From Schizochytrium sp. TIO01 (Eukaryota; Protista; Bigyra: Labyrinthulomycetes): a DNA stretch of 64,000 nucleotides. Positions 1 to 10,999 of this stretch are shown here, piece after piece. A program made the translations under genes and the position numbers. Location: contig SMSO01000019.1 of the NCBI GenBank assembly GCA_004764695.1, forward strand, positions 1 through 64,000, in the 5' to 3' direction. The notes under the pieces are model-generated. The model was not told the origin of the DNA. It saw only the letters and a program-made list of their open reading frames with translations, and made no database searches. The first letter of the stretch is position 1. Each line of letters starts with the position of its first letter.

Positions 1-1403
1 TGTCATCATTATTGCTTTCACCTGCCATTACTACAAAGTCAAACACCAATTTCCAAGGTTCTGCTCCTGCACCTCGAATATGGGCGGTGATGTGCCTCTA
101 TCCTGGCACGAGAGTTTCGGATCTGCTGTTTCAATTCTGTCTTTTCCTATCTCACTGGGTGCAATCGGTCCTCGCATTGTACCTATAACCTGTAAAGCAG
201 CCCCTCTAACGAGGTAGGTAGGTTACAAACTCGTGCCAGATTAAGTAGAGTATTAGGTTAAACGTTAGAATCAATAGACTTCTCCCCCTTTTAGCCCATA
301 TAAAATACACTTTCAATTTAGCCCTCCCCCCCTTTGTCCCTAAAACAGTCCATGTTACACCAGCTCGTGCAAGTGCGAGCTAGGTACATGTGTATTCTCA
401 TGATTGTCTTTGAAGAGGGAATGAACAGCTTCGTTACACAACACATCAGCACATTATAGTTACTATAGAGAAACCAACTCTCTGCCTACCTCAATTTCTA
501 CGCTGCAGTTCTCTAGAGAGTTCAATTATAGACAATTTACAACCTCAGTCCTAGTACTGTGGTGATGCGCCATGGTAATACCCAACGCTGCAAACAACTC
601 CATGTCAGTAGGCGAATCTAGTACCTTCTACCTAGGTACTTACTACCTCCACACCTGGGTACACACGGACAATGGTCGTGACCAGTCCCCGTCCGCAGAT
701 TGTCTACTATTTGCTTTCTGGTTCCGTGCTATTAATAAATAAATAGTCTTATTTAATTTATCCCCCCCCCTGATTACCATACCAGTGATGGCATGACGCA
801 CGTGCAGTTTGATCTACCTTAGCGCGTTGAGTAGCAAATATTGCACTCTCGTATATCTTCCCTTTTCGCTAATATCTATTTAAAAAACTGATATCGTAGA
901 CGTAATTTCATATATATATATTACATGTACACTAGTACTGCCAAAACTGTTGGAGGCAGATCGGTCGAAGTTAAAAAGCTGATTTTAACTGATAATATAT
1001 TTTGAATGGACCATCTTTCATTATTTTATAGGTGTGGTATTTTCCAATAAGCCGCTTTGTGAAAGTGTGCAAGATCGTGAACTCAAATCATCCTTGAATT
1101 TAAGAGTTGCTATTAACAACACCTATGCTGCTTCGACGAATACTCTTGCTCTAAAATGTCTAAAGAAACACGACAGCTATCTCAGTGAAGGTCACTGGAG
1201 CACAGTCAACAGGAAATGTGAACAAAATCAATCAACCGCGCTCTTGACACCATGAAAGTGAGTTTGTTAAGCTAAAACATTACATCCTCCCAGAACATTG
1301 ATCATTTAGAGTATACATCACTGGCATTGATTCTCAGTGCTTATTGATGCTGAAATGCACCTATTACATTTCACGTGTTAGAAGCCCTTGCTTTTCATCT
1401 TAT

Positions 1404-1634
1404 TTAAGTAATATACAGCTACTGCCTAACCTCACTTAACATAACCTAATCTAACCAAGCTCCCATGTCCAACACATCCTGTGTATTGGACTCACATCAT
1501 ACAATCATCGCTGCCTGTATCCAGACCCGAAACCCTTATAACTCATATATCATCCTCTTTCTCTTTCTCCTGAGTTCGCCATCCTTGTCAGACTACCTCT
1601 GCACGCTTCACAGCACAAGCTACTCTGCAATACA
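1404..1634 (+). repeat. Dispersed ~200-230 bp repeat (LTR/SINE-like) containing degenerate CCTAA units; second copy inverted at 40772-40964
   Basis: aagtaatatacagctactg...ctaaccaagctc...ctgcctgtat...aactcatatatcatcctct...ccttgtcagactacctct...cacgcttcacagcac...tactctgcaataca matches the reverse complement of 40772-40964. Confidence 0.75.
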
Positions 1635-2399
1635 TCTTGAGGATATTTAATAGAAATTTTTAATTGGAACGCTTATATAAATTAAACGTGGCTGGAGCTC
1701 TCGGCAATCCTTCTTCAACCTATGAGCGCTAAGATGTATTCAATGCCCACCACTAAAATTAGGTGGTCAAAATAAAACATTTCCCCATTCTATGAGTTAA
1801 TGAAATTTATAGAAGGAGTAATCCAGAAGTATACAGAGGGATGGATATCAAGCAGATAAAGAACTCTACTACCGTCCTAGTATCATAGAAAAAAGAGGTG
1901 TGCTCTACTCTATTCAGTAACTTTATTTCTCCCATGATCAAGGTTTCCAATCAGACTTTGCATACCAAAAATCACCAACACGCACCTATTGCATTTACCA
2001 GCAAAATTATTGCAACTACAACCATCGTGTAATAAGTTTAACTTCGACAAATTTACTATTAAAAGAGTACATATCAACTTTACTACGTACATACTAAATT
2101 TCTTATTTTAATTTAGAAATTTGTAGATAGTAAAGACATGAAGCAAGATGTTTTCCGTTTTCTTTTTTGTTCCATATTTTAGCGTATCTTGGAACTAAAT
2201 ACTCATAAATAAGGGCCTGCCTGCTAGTTCTTCGCAGTGACATTGCAGAATAATGGAGTCTCCACTCACTCGTCTAATTACGAAAGATACAGTAAGGTTA
2301 CTGTTTACATAATCACAGTCCGGCAAATAAATCGGACTTGAACAACACCAAGATAAACCTCATAATAGAAGTGACCTATTAATTATGAACTCCATGCTG

Positions 2400-2810
2400 A
2401 GATCTCCAATCGAAGCAACTAGTGGACAAGACATTGCTAGAGTTCTTGGTGTCCCTTTGTAAAATCTCATTAGACATAAGGTTTACAATAGAGCAAGAAT
2501 AGGCAGCCAGACTCACGTGACTGCTGCAGCCAAGAACTAGAAGTGTGAATACACGTTAACTACACCCAAGCTTGGTATATCTTGACTCGGTGGTTAGAGA
2601 GGTTGGATTAACCTAACCCCATCGATTCTCTCTAACCACATTCAAGAATGTCTTAATCTCCCTAACCACTACATGAATCCATCTGTCTTGGAATTCATTC
2701 CCCAGGACAGCAGTTCGCTAACTCGTAAATCAATCTTCTTAAAGCTTTCATCAAGCCTCTTGCCTTCATCTTCACAGTCAACCTGAAGCTAATCAGAATC
2801 ACCTTTCAGC
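2400..2810 (+). repeat. Degenerate dispersed repeat, copy 1 of 3 (others ~3230-3620 + and ~4740-5140 -)
   Basis: Shared colinear blocks gacaagac(a/g)ttg, tacaataga, ccagact, ttaaccta, aatgtctta, cttgga across the three loci. Confidence 0.6.
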
Positions 2811-3229
2811 ACTCCACTTTGTGTCACTTTCTCTGCATCTGCAGATTTACATGGCCGCACGGTTCATCTTTGGGTGGAGAATATATCATCGAATTGCCGC
2901 TCTTCTCCTACAAATCCACACTAGATAAAATGGCCGTTTATCGCCACGGCTAGCTATTGTTTTTAACTGCACACAGAATGATTATAGAGTCCAATACATA
3001 CCATGAAAGAATATTTGCTTGTCACCACCTTGCTGACAGGGAATGGGTTATTCTTCTCGATCTCCAGCACTCGTCAAATCAACTCTTTCCAAGTTCGTTC
3101 CTAGGACTCATGGTGACAAAATTGCCGATCTCATAGAAACTGGTGCTAGACATCCTGTTGGAGCGAACATCAGAAAAATAGAATTAGATGATGCGATACT
3201 TCAATACAACCCCCCCCCCCCCCAGAAAA

Positions 3230-3620
3230 TGCTTCACCAACTGTCCAACATTGAGTTTGCTTATATATACAATTGAAGGAACTTGCTGACAAGACATTGT
3301 TAGAGTTCTACGCATCAATTTGTAAGATAGTGTTTACAATAGAATAAAACAAGACAACCAGACTTGTGCGGTTGAGAAATCAAGAATCAAAATGTGTAGC
3401 ACACTCGCAAGAATGAATTTAGAGTCTGGATTAATGGATAAAGAGACGGGTTAACCTAACCTTGTCGATTGAGTCTGACACAGTTCAAGTATGTCTTAGT
3501 CTCCTGACTACAGCATTAGGAAGACTGCCTTGGACTTGGATTCCAAGGATAGCAGATCTCCAAACCTTTAAACTAGAGATTATCATGCGTTAATCTTCAT
3601 AGTCAACCTCTAGTTGGCCT
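3230..3620 (+). repeat. Degenerate dispersed repeat, copy 2
   Basis: gacaagacattgttagagttc, tttacaataga, ccagact, ttaacctaacc, tgtctta, tcttca(t/c)agtcaacct, colinear with 2400-2810. Confidence 0.55.
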
Positions 3621-4739
3621 GATTTATTCCTCAGCAATATTGTCAAGTTTCCTTTCAATTAAGTTAGATGATAAATTCTGACTAACTCGAGCGGTAGCAA
3701 TATAAATGAACCTACCATTTTATATAATGACTGGATTCTTCAGAAACTTGTTTCTGTATATGGCTACATTAATGAAACTGTTCATATAATATCCTACACA
3801 AACGCTAATCAGGAATTGAGACAAGAATACCATGGGGTTCTAGTAGGCCTTTAAGATATCACACCTTGGAGAGCACCCCCCGCTATTATTTATAAGATAA
3901 ATTATGTTTACTACTGTTCATCCAATTCAGTATAATGAGCCAATTTTGGTATTACAGTTGGATCAGTAGGTTGTTAAACATACCCTTACAAGATATTTTA
4001 TAAAGCACAAGTGTTTACCGTGCAACCAAACGTCTAGCCTCGATCATTTAGTTTGACGCCATTTCTAAGAGTCTACTACAGGGAAATATTGAAGGGTGAC
4101 GTTTTTTTTTCGTAATGCAGCAGTAGATGAAATTGCCAGGATATTTATACTCGAATCAACCTAAACATTTGTCTATATAAGCATAATGAGAACAGGGTGA
4201 AAACTCAAAGTGTAGCTTTTCTGGTTGACCTTTAGATTTTACACTAAACCAAAGGCACTTCGAACACATCATTTGGGTGTTACTCACCTATCTGTATATA
4301 CATTTGATATGAAATTTAAGGATTACGTGCAAGCAGTTTTCAGTCGAAGTGTAAGAAACTCTTAAACATTTGGCGTTTAAAACTATGGTAAAAATCTCAA
4401 ACGCTTCAAGAGTTGCTCCATGTTAATAAACTAGTTCTATGCTCCGAGTGATGCTTGGAACGATGTTGGTCGAATTGACCGATTGTGCTAAATCTATGTG
4501 GTCTGAAATATCATACGATGGTCTATACATGCCATGGTTGTGAAGGGGGTGCAAGAGCAAGGTCTGCGTAGCATCTATAAACTATAAACATGAAAGCGGC
4601 TAGTTTGAGTTGTCAATAATACAAGAGTAAAAGAGCTTACCACGAGACATACACCAATTCTAATTTCTTAAATTTTCTGTTTGTTGATGAAAAGGTGGGC
4701 CAGATTAGAATAAACTAATATCCTTTCCTGTGCCGAAAT

Positions 4740-5140
4740 ATGAATCTGGTCAGCTGGAAATTGACAACGACGATGGAGGCAAGAGTCTTGACGAAGGCTT
4801 TAAGAACGTTGATTTTAAGAGTTAGTGAACTGCTTTACCTAAAAATGAATTCCAAGGAAAGCTGATTCCTGTAATATTTAGGAGGTTAAGACATTCCTGA
4901 ACTGTGTTAGATAGACTTGACGGGGCTAGGTTAATTCATCCCCTTCAACCACCAATTCAAGTTGCACCATACTTTATTCTATGAAATGTATAGACACGCT
5001 TATGGTTGTTGGCTTCTCACCCACGTAAGTCTGGATGTCTAGTTCTGCGCTATTGCAAGCCCTATGTTCATGAAGTCCTTACATACGGATGCATGAGCTC
5101 TATCAACGTCTTGTCTACCAGTTTTTTCGATTGAAGATCT
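4740..5140 (-). repeat. Degenerate dispersed repeat, copy 3 (inverted)
   Basis: Reverse complement reads gacaagacgttgatagag...ccagacttacgtg...ttaacctagcccc...ggaatgtcttaacctcc...cttggaattcatt...gcagttcactaactc...tcttgcctccatc, colinear with 2420-2800. Confidence 0.6.
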
Positions 5141-5270
5141 CAACACCTACTTATTCTAATGCCCCTATATGTATTTGCGAATTAGGTTTTTAATCACAAA
5201 TCAATTTTCAAAACGAAGAAAATCGGATTACTAATTTTGAAGTGAATAGTTCATTGCCACTGTTTACGTA

Positions 5271-8200
5271 TCAAACAACGTTCATCCTCTCATCAGAAGG
5301 CAACGAAGAAGAGGAGTAGGTTTTTGCATGAGCAAAACTGCTTTCTGAAGATGTTGACTCAGCGTCCTCGTTTATACGGCTATTACGACATTTTGAAAGA
5401 AAAACACAACCAAAAGCAGCTATTATAGCAAAGAATACAGTCGCTAGGACAGTTGTGCTTATTTCCCAGGCAGTAGGACCTCGCTTAACACTTTCTGAAA
5501 GGTTCTCAGATTGGGGTGGAGATGATGCAGCAATTGTAGTTTCTACAGATCTGTAGGATATTTCTCCGTTTGAGAAGACAGCAACAGTCTTCTTAATCGT
5601 CACAGGAATGAAATCGCTTGATAAGTCAATACTCCTAACTCTTGCCTCGCCGCCAGTCGTAGAGGTGTTTGTCTCACCACGGTGGTAGTCTTCGTGGTCA
5701 TCATTCTCACGAGGGTCACCGCGGTGGTAGCCTTCACGGCCATCCTCACCATGGTCACCACGGTGGTAGCCTTCGTGGTCATCATTCTCACGAGGGTCAC
5801 CGCGGTGGTAGCCTTCACGACCATCCTCACCATGGTCACCACGGTGGTAGCCTTCGTGGTCATCATTCTCACGAGGGTCACCGCGGTGGTAGCCTTCACG
5901 GCCATCCTCACCATGGTCACCACGGTGGTAGCCTTCGTGGTCATCATTCTCACGAGGGTCACCGCGGTGGTAGCCTTCACGGCCGTCCTCACCATGGTCA
6001 CCACGGTGGTAGCCTTCGTGGTCATCATTCTCACGAGGGTCACCGCGGTGGTAGCCTTCACGGCCATCCTCACCATGGTCACCACGGTGGTAGCCTTCGT
6101 GGTCATCATCCTCACGAGGGTCACCGCGGTGGTAGCCTTCACGACCATCCTCACCATGGTCACCACGGTGGTAGCCTTCGTGGTCATCATTCTCACGAGG
6201 GTCACCGCGGTGGTAGCCTTCACGGCCATCCTCACCATGGTCACCACGGTGGTAGCCTTCGTGGTCATCATTCTCACGAGGGTCACCGCGGTGGTAGCCT
6301 TCACGGCCATCCTCACCATGGTCACCACGGTGGTAGCCTTCGTGGTCATCATCCTCACGAGGGTCACCACGGTGGTAGCCTTCACGACCATCCTCACCAT
6401 GGTGGTAGCCTTCGTGGTCATCATCCTCACGGTCACCACGGTGGTAGCCTTCGCGGTCATCATCCTCACGATCACCACGGTGGTAGCCTTCATGGCCATC
6501 CTCATGAGGGTCGCCACGGTGGTAGCCTTCGCGGTCATCATTATCACGGTCACCACGTTCGTAATCTCCATTTAGGCCGTGATTATGGTAGTCGCTGCGG
6601 TTGTAATTCCCATCAGGGCCGTGATGATGGTAGTTGGTGCGATTGTAATCTCCATCATGGTCGTGGTGATAGTCGCTGTGGTTGTAGTCTCCATCATGGT
6701 TGTGATGATGGTACTCGCTGCGGTTATAGTCTCCATCAGGGCCGTGGTGATAGTCGCTGCGGTTGTAGTCTCCATTATGATCGTGATGATGGTACTCGCT
6801 GCGGTTATAGTCTCCATCAGGGCCGTGGTGATAGTCGCTGCGGTTGTAGTCTCCATTATGGTCGTGATGATGGTACTCGCTGCGGTTATAGTCTCCATCA
6901 GGGCCGTGGTGATAGTCGCTGCGGTTGTAGTCTCCATCATGGTTGTGATGATGGTACTCGCTGCGGTTATAGTCTCCATCAGGGCCGTGGTGATAGTCGC
7001 TGCGGTTGTAGTCTCCATTATGATCGTGATGATGGTACTCGCCGCGGTTATAGTCTCCATCAGGGCCGTGGTGATAGTCGCTGCGGTTGTAGTCTCCATT
7101 ATGGTCGTGATGATGGTACTCGCTGCGGTTATAGTCTCCATCAGGGCCGTGGTGATAGTCGCTGCGGTTGTAATCTCCATCAGGTCCTTGATGCTGGTAG
7201 TCGCGGTGGTGTTCATCACGATTATCAACGCCACCACGGTAGTGCTCGTCACGATCATCATCGCCACCACGGTGGTGTTCATCACGATCATCATCGCCAC
7301 CACGGTGGTGTTCATCACGATCATCATCATCGCCACCACGGTGGTGTTCATCACGATCATCATCATCGCCACCACGGTGGTGTTCATCACGATCATCATC
7401 ATCGCCACCACGGTGGTGCTCGTCACGATCATCATCGCCACCACGGTGGTGTTCATCACGATCATCATCATCGCCACCACGGTGGTGTTCATCACGATCA
7501 TCATCATCGCCACCACGGTGGTGCTCGTCACGATCATCATCGCCACCACGGTGGTGTTCATCACGATCATCATCATCGCCACCACGGTGGTGTTCATCAC
7601 GATCATCATCATCGCCACCACGGTGGTGCTCGTCACGATCATCATCGCCACCACGGTGGTGTTCATCACGATCATCATCATCGCCACCACGGTAGTGTTC
7701 ATCACGATCATCATCATCGCCACCACGGTGGTGTTCATCACGATTATCAACGCCACCACGGTGGTGTTCATCACGATCATCATCATCGCCACCACGGTGG
7801 TGCTCGTCACGATCATCATCGCCACCACGGTGGTGTTCATCACGATCATCATCGCCACCACGGTGGTGTTCATCACGATCATCATCATCACCACGGTGGT
7901 GTTCATCATGATCACCATCGCCACCACGGTGGTGTTCATCACGTTCATCATCATAATGGTTGTTGGCTCCTTGACTTTGCGAATGGTTGTTGTCACCACC
8001 ATGGTGGAATGCATGCAAAATGTCAAAGTTTTCTGCGTCCTTCGTGTTTACGGTAAAACCAAGGTCTCGAAGTGCGTTAACTGAAAGAACAGAAAGAGGA
8101 GAGATTCTACCATTGAGGTGCGAAGTCATGAGTTCTGTTCCCAAACTGTCCTCGTCCCAATGGAGTGCCCCGCTAGAGACATCATTCGAAAGAGGTACAC

Positions 8201-8768
8201 TTGTAGCATCTGCATTATTCGAGACCACCATGTAACCTCGTACACCATACTTCCCATTGTACTTTGACCCAGTAGCAAGGCCTTGAGAGGTCCACATCGT
8301 TCCAAGGCCTAGTATATGACCAATTTCATGTGCCAACAGACGGGTCGTGAAGAAGTCGTTATCAGTGATATAGGGTTTGAAGTCCTCTGCATCGAGAGTA
8401 ATCACTCCAATGCGAGGGAAGAATGTCCCATCTGCCTCGGCATATACACATGGCTCGGCCTGAATTGATTTCGCGGCGGACTTGATTTGCAAAAGAACCC
8501 GAAGATTTGTCACAGACTCCCCTGCTTCAAACGATTTTTCTACTTGGCAAAACTCTTGAATATTAGTCCTGCTTGAAAAGACAAGATCTTCGAGTTCTGT
8601 CAAGATAACTTTATTCCACATTGATGCTGCTTCATCTAGAAAGTGTTGAATAGCTTCGTCATATCCATCGAGCTCATTTTCAACAATTTCGACATTAATG
8701 AAAGAGGCTTGTGCTAAGATCGTAGAGAAAAGCACTACGATCGAACCAAAGTAGAGAGCTAAGCTCAT
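5271..8768 (-). CDS. Leishmanolysin/GP63-like (M8-type metzincin) zinc metalloprotease, type I membrane protein with long His/Asp/Arg/Gly repeat stalk, 1165 aa
   Basis: N-terminal signal peptide (MSLALYFGSIVVLFSTILAQA), HEIGHILGLG zinc motif, downstream HW third ligand (ALHWDE), Met-turn ELMT, C-terminal TM helix (VLATVFFAIIAAFGCVFL) and short Ser-rich tail; single uninterrupted ORF. Confidence 0.85.
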   Translation of the reverse strand: MSLALYFGSIVVLFSTILAQASFINVEIVENELDGYDEAIQHFLDEAASMWNKVILTELEDLVFSSRTNIQEFCQVEKSFEAGESVTNLRVLLQIKSAAKSIQAEPCVYAEADGTFFPRIGVITLDAEDFKPYITDNDFFTTRLLAHEIGHILGLGTMWTSQGLATGSKYNGKYGVRGYMVVSNNADATSVPLSNDVSSGALHWDEDSLGTELMTSHLNGRISPLSVLSVNALRDLGFTVNTKDAENFDILHAFHHGGDNNHSQSQGANNHYDDERDEHHRGGDGDHDEHHRGDDDDRDEHHRGGDDDRDEHHRGGDDDRDEHHRGGDDDDRDEHHRGGVDNRDEHHRGGDDDDRDEHYRGGDDDDRDEHHRGGDDDRDEHHRGGDDDDRDEHHRGGDDDDRDEHHRGGDDDRDEHHRGGDDDDRDEHHRGGDDDDRDEHHRGGDDDRDEHHRGGDDDDRDEHHRGGDDDDRDEHHRGGDDDDRDEHHRGGDDDRDEHHRGGDDDRDEHYRGGVDNRDEHHRDYQHQGPDGDYNRSDYHHGPDGDYNRSEYHHHDHNGDYNRSDYHHGPDGDYNRGEYHHHDHNGDYNRSDYHHGPDGDYNRSEYHHHNHDGDYNRSDYHHGPDGDYNRSEYHHHDHNGDYNRSDYHHGPDGDYNRSEYHHHDHNGDYNRSDYHHGPDGDYNRSEYHHHNHDGDYNHSDYHHDHDGDYNRTNYHHHGPDGNYNRSDYHNHGLNGDYERGDRDNDDREGYHRGDPHEDGHEGYHRGDREDDDREGYHRGDREDDDHEGYHHGEDGREGYHRGDPREDDDHEGYHRGDHGEDGREGYHRGDPRENDDHEGYHRGDHGEDGREGYHRGDPRENDDHEGYHRGDHGEDGREGYHRGDPREDDDHEGYHRGDHGEDGREGYHRGDPRENDDHEGYHRGDHGEDGREGYHRGDPRENDDHEGYHRGDHGEDGREGYHRGDPRENDDHEGYHRGDHGEDGREGYHRGDPRENDDHEGYHRGDHGEDGREGYHRGDPRENDDHEDYHRGETNTSTTGGEARVRSIDLSSDFIPVTIKKTVAVFSNGEISYRSVETTIAASSPPQSENLSESVKRGPTAWEISTTVLATVFFAIIAAFGCVFLSKCRNSRINEDAESTSSESSFAHAKTYSSSSLPSDERMNVV
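5670..7960 (-). repeat. Three coding tandem-repeat blocks inside the protease gene
   Basis: ~7200-7960: 33/36-nt DEHHRGGDDD(D)R units. ~6560-7200: 81-nt dimer SDYHHGPDGDYNR/SEYHHHDHNGDYNR. ~5670-6560: 81-nt dimer EGYHRGDPRENDDH/EGYHRGDHGEDGR. Confidence 0.95.
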
Positions 8769-10999
8769 GACCTTGTTCAGGTTATTACCGAGTCACTTGT
8801 CGCCAATGTTTCGGATTTGCTGAAGGTTGCAAGCTTGAAAATGTCATCAATAATGAATGTTCAAATATGGATGATCAGGTGATATCCTTTTCAGGTGAGC
8901 ACATTTATTTTTCTCAAAATAATGAAAGTGACATGGAAGGGCAAAATTGATGGTTAGACCCATCTGATGAACTTTTCTCGGGCCGCTTGACAACCTTTCA
9001 GCAAATATCACGCACTTAGGTGCATTGGAATCGCGGCATCATCAGGAAGGTATAAAGATCGCCTTCCGTTCTATGTTTGAATTCAACTTCCGAAGCTTCA
9101 CTCTATAGATATCGATTGACCAATTCAGCAAATTCAATTATTGAGCCATATTTTCCGCCGAAAGTATGTTCAGAGAGGTTCCTCAAAGCATGCCAGCCTT
9201 GAATTAACGCTTGAAGTGAAACCTTTTCAAGGGAGTCACAAGTTTTTTAGTCGTTCATATAACATGAATCAGCAAGCCACTCGATACTGATTGCTCTTAT
9301 GCTTCGAAGTAACGAAAATACTATGTTAATTCTGCAGTGCCACTTCACCCAGGTGGTATTATCCTAATATAGCTAGCTGTTCAGTGCTAAGAAAACATAA
9401 TTTCTGAAGCCTACTGTTTCAAACCACTCAGGGACTGTTCTTAATTTATTTTAATTTGGCAAAACTCATATATATATATAATTAAACTTCACCAGAATAT
9501 TTCCTCCAATTTTCCCAGAGACACCTGGTTTTGAAATTTTTATTCGCCCGCTGCTACTTGTTTTCGTTGAAGTTCTTTCGAGAAAAGTGAATAAGTGTAT
9601 TTTATTCCCCATGCTTACTTCATTCAAAAAAAAAAAATCTTTTATTCTTTTATTCATTCGTTTTTCAACTTTCATGCTTTCTTTATATGTGATTTAAAAG
9701 AAAAAAAGAAAAAAATAGAAACGAGCTCTTAAACCACAGATGCTGCACATAGAGGCATATTCCCCTCAGCATGAAGAGTTGCACTCCCACAGTGCGCGCG
9801 CAATGCACGGGTTCACTCTTCAAGCATAAGCATCTTCACGAGACGTAACCCCACATTCGCAAGGTTAGCACGTGCTTGATGCTCAGTAACTTCCAACTGG
9901 ACCTAAAATTTATTTGTGGTCTGGTCACCCCGTACATTTCGTAGGTGCCATGGCCTGTTGACATATGAGTTGACCATATTAACTGTAATGAATTGATAGC
10001 TGCTAGTGCACGACCCAATGCACAATCATGCGCCAGAACCAACAGAATTGAGACAACCGTGTTTATGATAAGCATGAGATGCTAGTAGCGCGGAGGTACA
10101 AGCTCAACAACCGAGGGGACGGGTGACGCGGGTGGTAGATCATCGTCAGGGCTCAGTGCGCCTGCGCGTGCATAATTCGCAGCCGTTGAAATATCCAACT
10201 GAAACCTTGATACCCTAAAGATAACTATTTCAATTGCAAAGCGAACATATGTTCTTTAAGTGAACGCACTCATGCAAAAATTTAGGCTGTATAAAAAAAG
10301 AAAAAAATCTGCTTCAGCACAAACTGAGTGAGACAAGCCTGAAGATCTATGTTGTAAAGAACGAACTCTCTTGTATTACTTAGCAATTATAGGATATTTA
10401 AGTGTAAACTCTGATCAGACTCAGCTAAAGAATGAAATCCTTGATTGAATTCTCTGCAGCATGTTGCATTGGAGAATGTCAGTCATTTCGAGCCATGATG
10501 AAGTCACTACTGGGACGATAGACCATGGTAAAATGTACCTTGTCGGATAAATGAAAAACGAAGCCCCCTCCAAAAAATCCGAAAGGGGACATTGAAAATA
10601 ATAGTATTAGGGGAAATATTCAGCTAGTTGTCTTGGCTAGACCTAACCTTACCTGATCCTTCAGCGTGACATTGACCACTCGATATGCCTATATGTGGAA
10701 CCTCAATAACCTTAATATCATCCTTTTCTCTTTCACATTCCTCGCCATTAATACTCCAGACCGTTATTTCATTCTTTTTATATAAAAAGTAACAACGCAG
10801 AAAGTAGCTTTCCTTCGAGTCTCTCTGGCCTCTGCCATGAAGACAAAAGCTTCCTTGCAGGCTTTCTGTTATGGAGTGCTTTGTGTGCCTTTGTTGAAAT
10901 ACAAGCTGATGCCGAGCAACAGTAAAGTTAGTAAACAGCAAATCTGCTCTTTTTTCGACAAAACAAAACATATAACTTTCTCAACAAGTGATGAATTTC

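Noticed and set aside
5600-8084. Long alternative-frame ORFs (323, 795, 297, 484, 501 aa) over the protease repeats
   Set aside because: Shadow frames of a stop-poor tandem repeat. Only 5271-8768 has a signal peptide, catalytic motifs and a TM helix.
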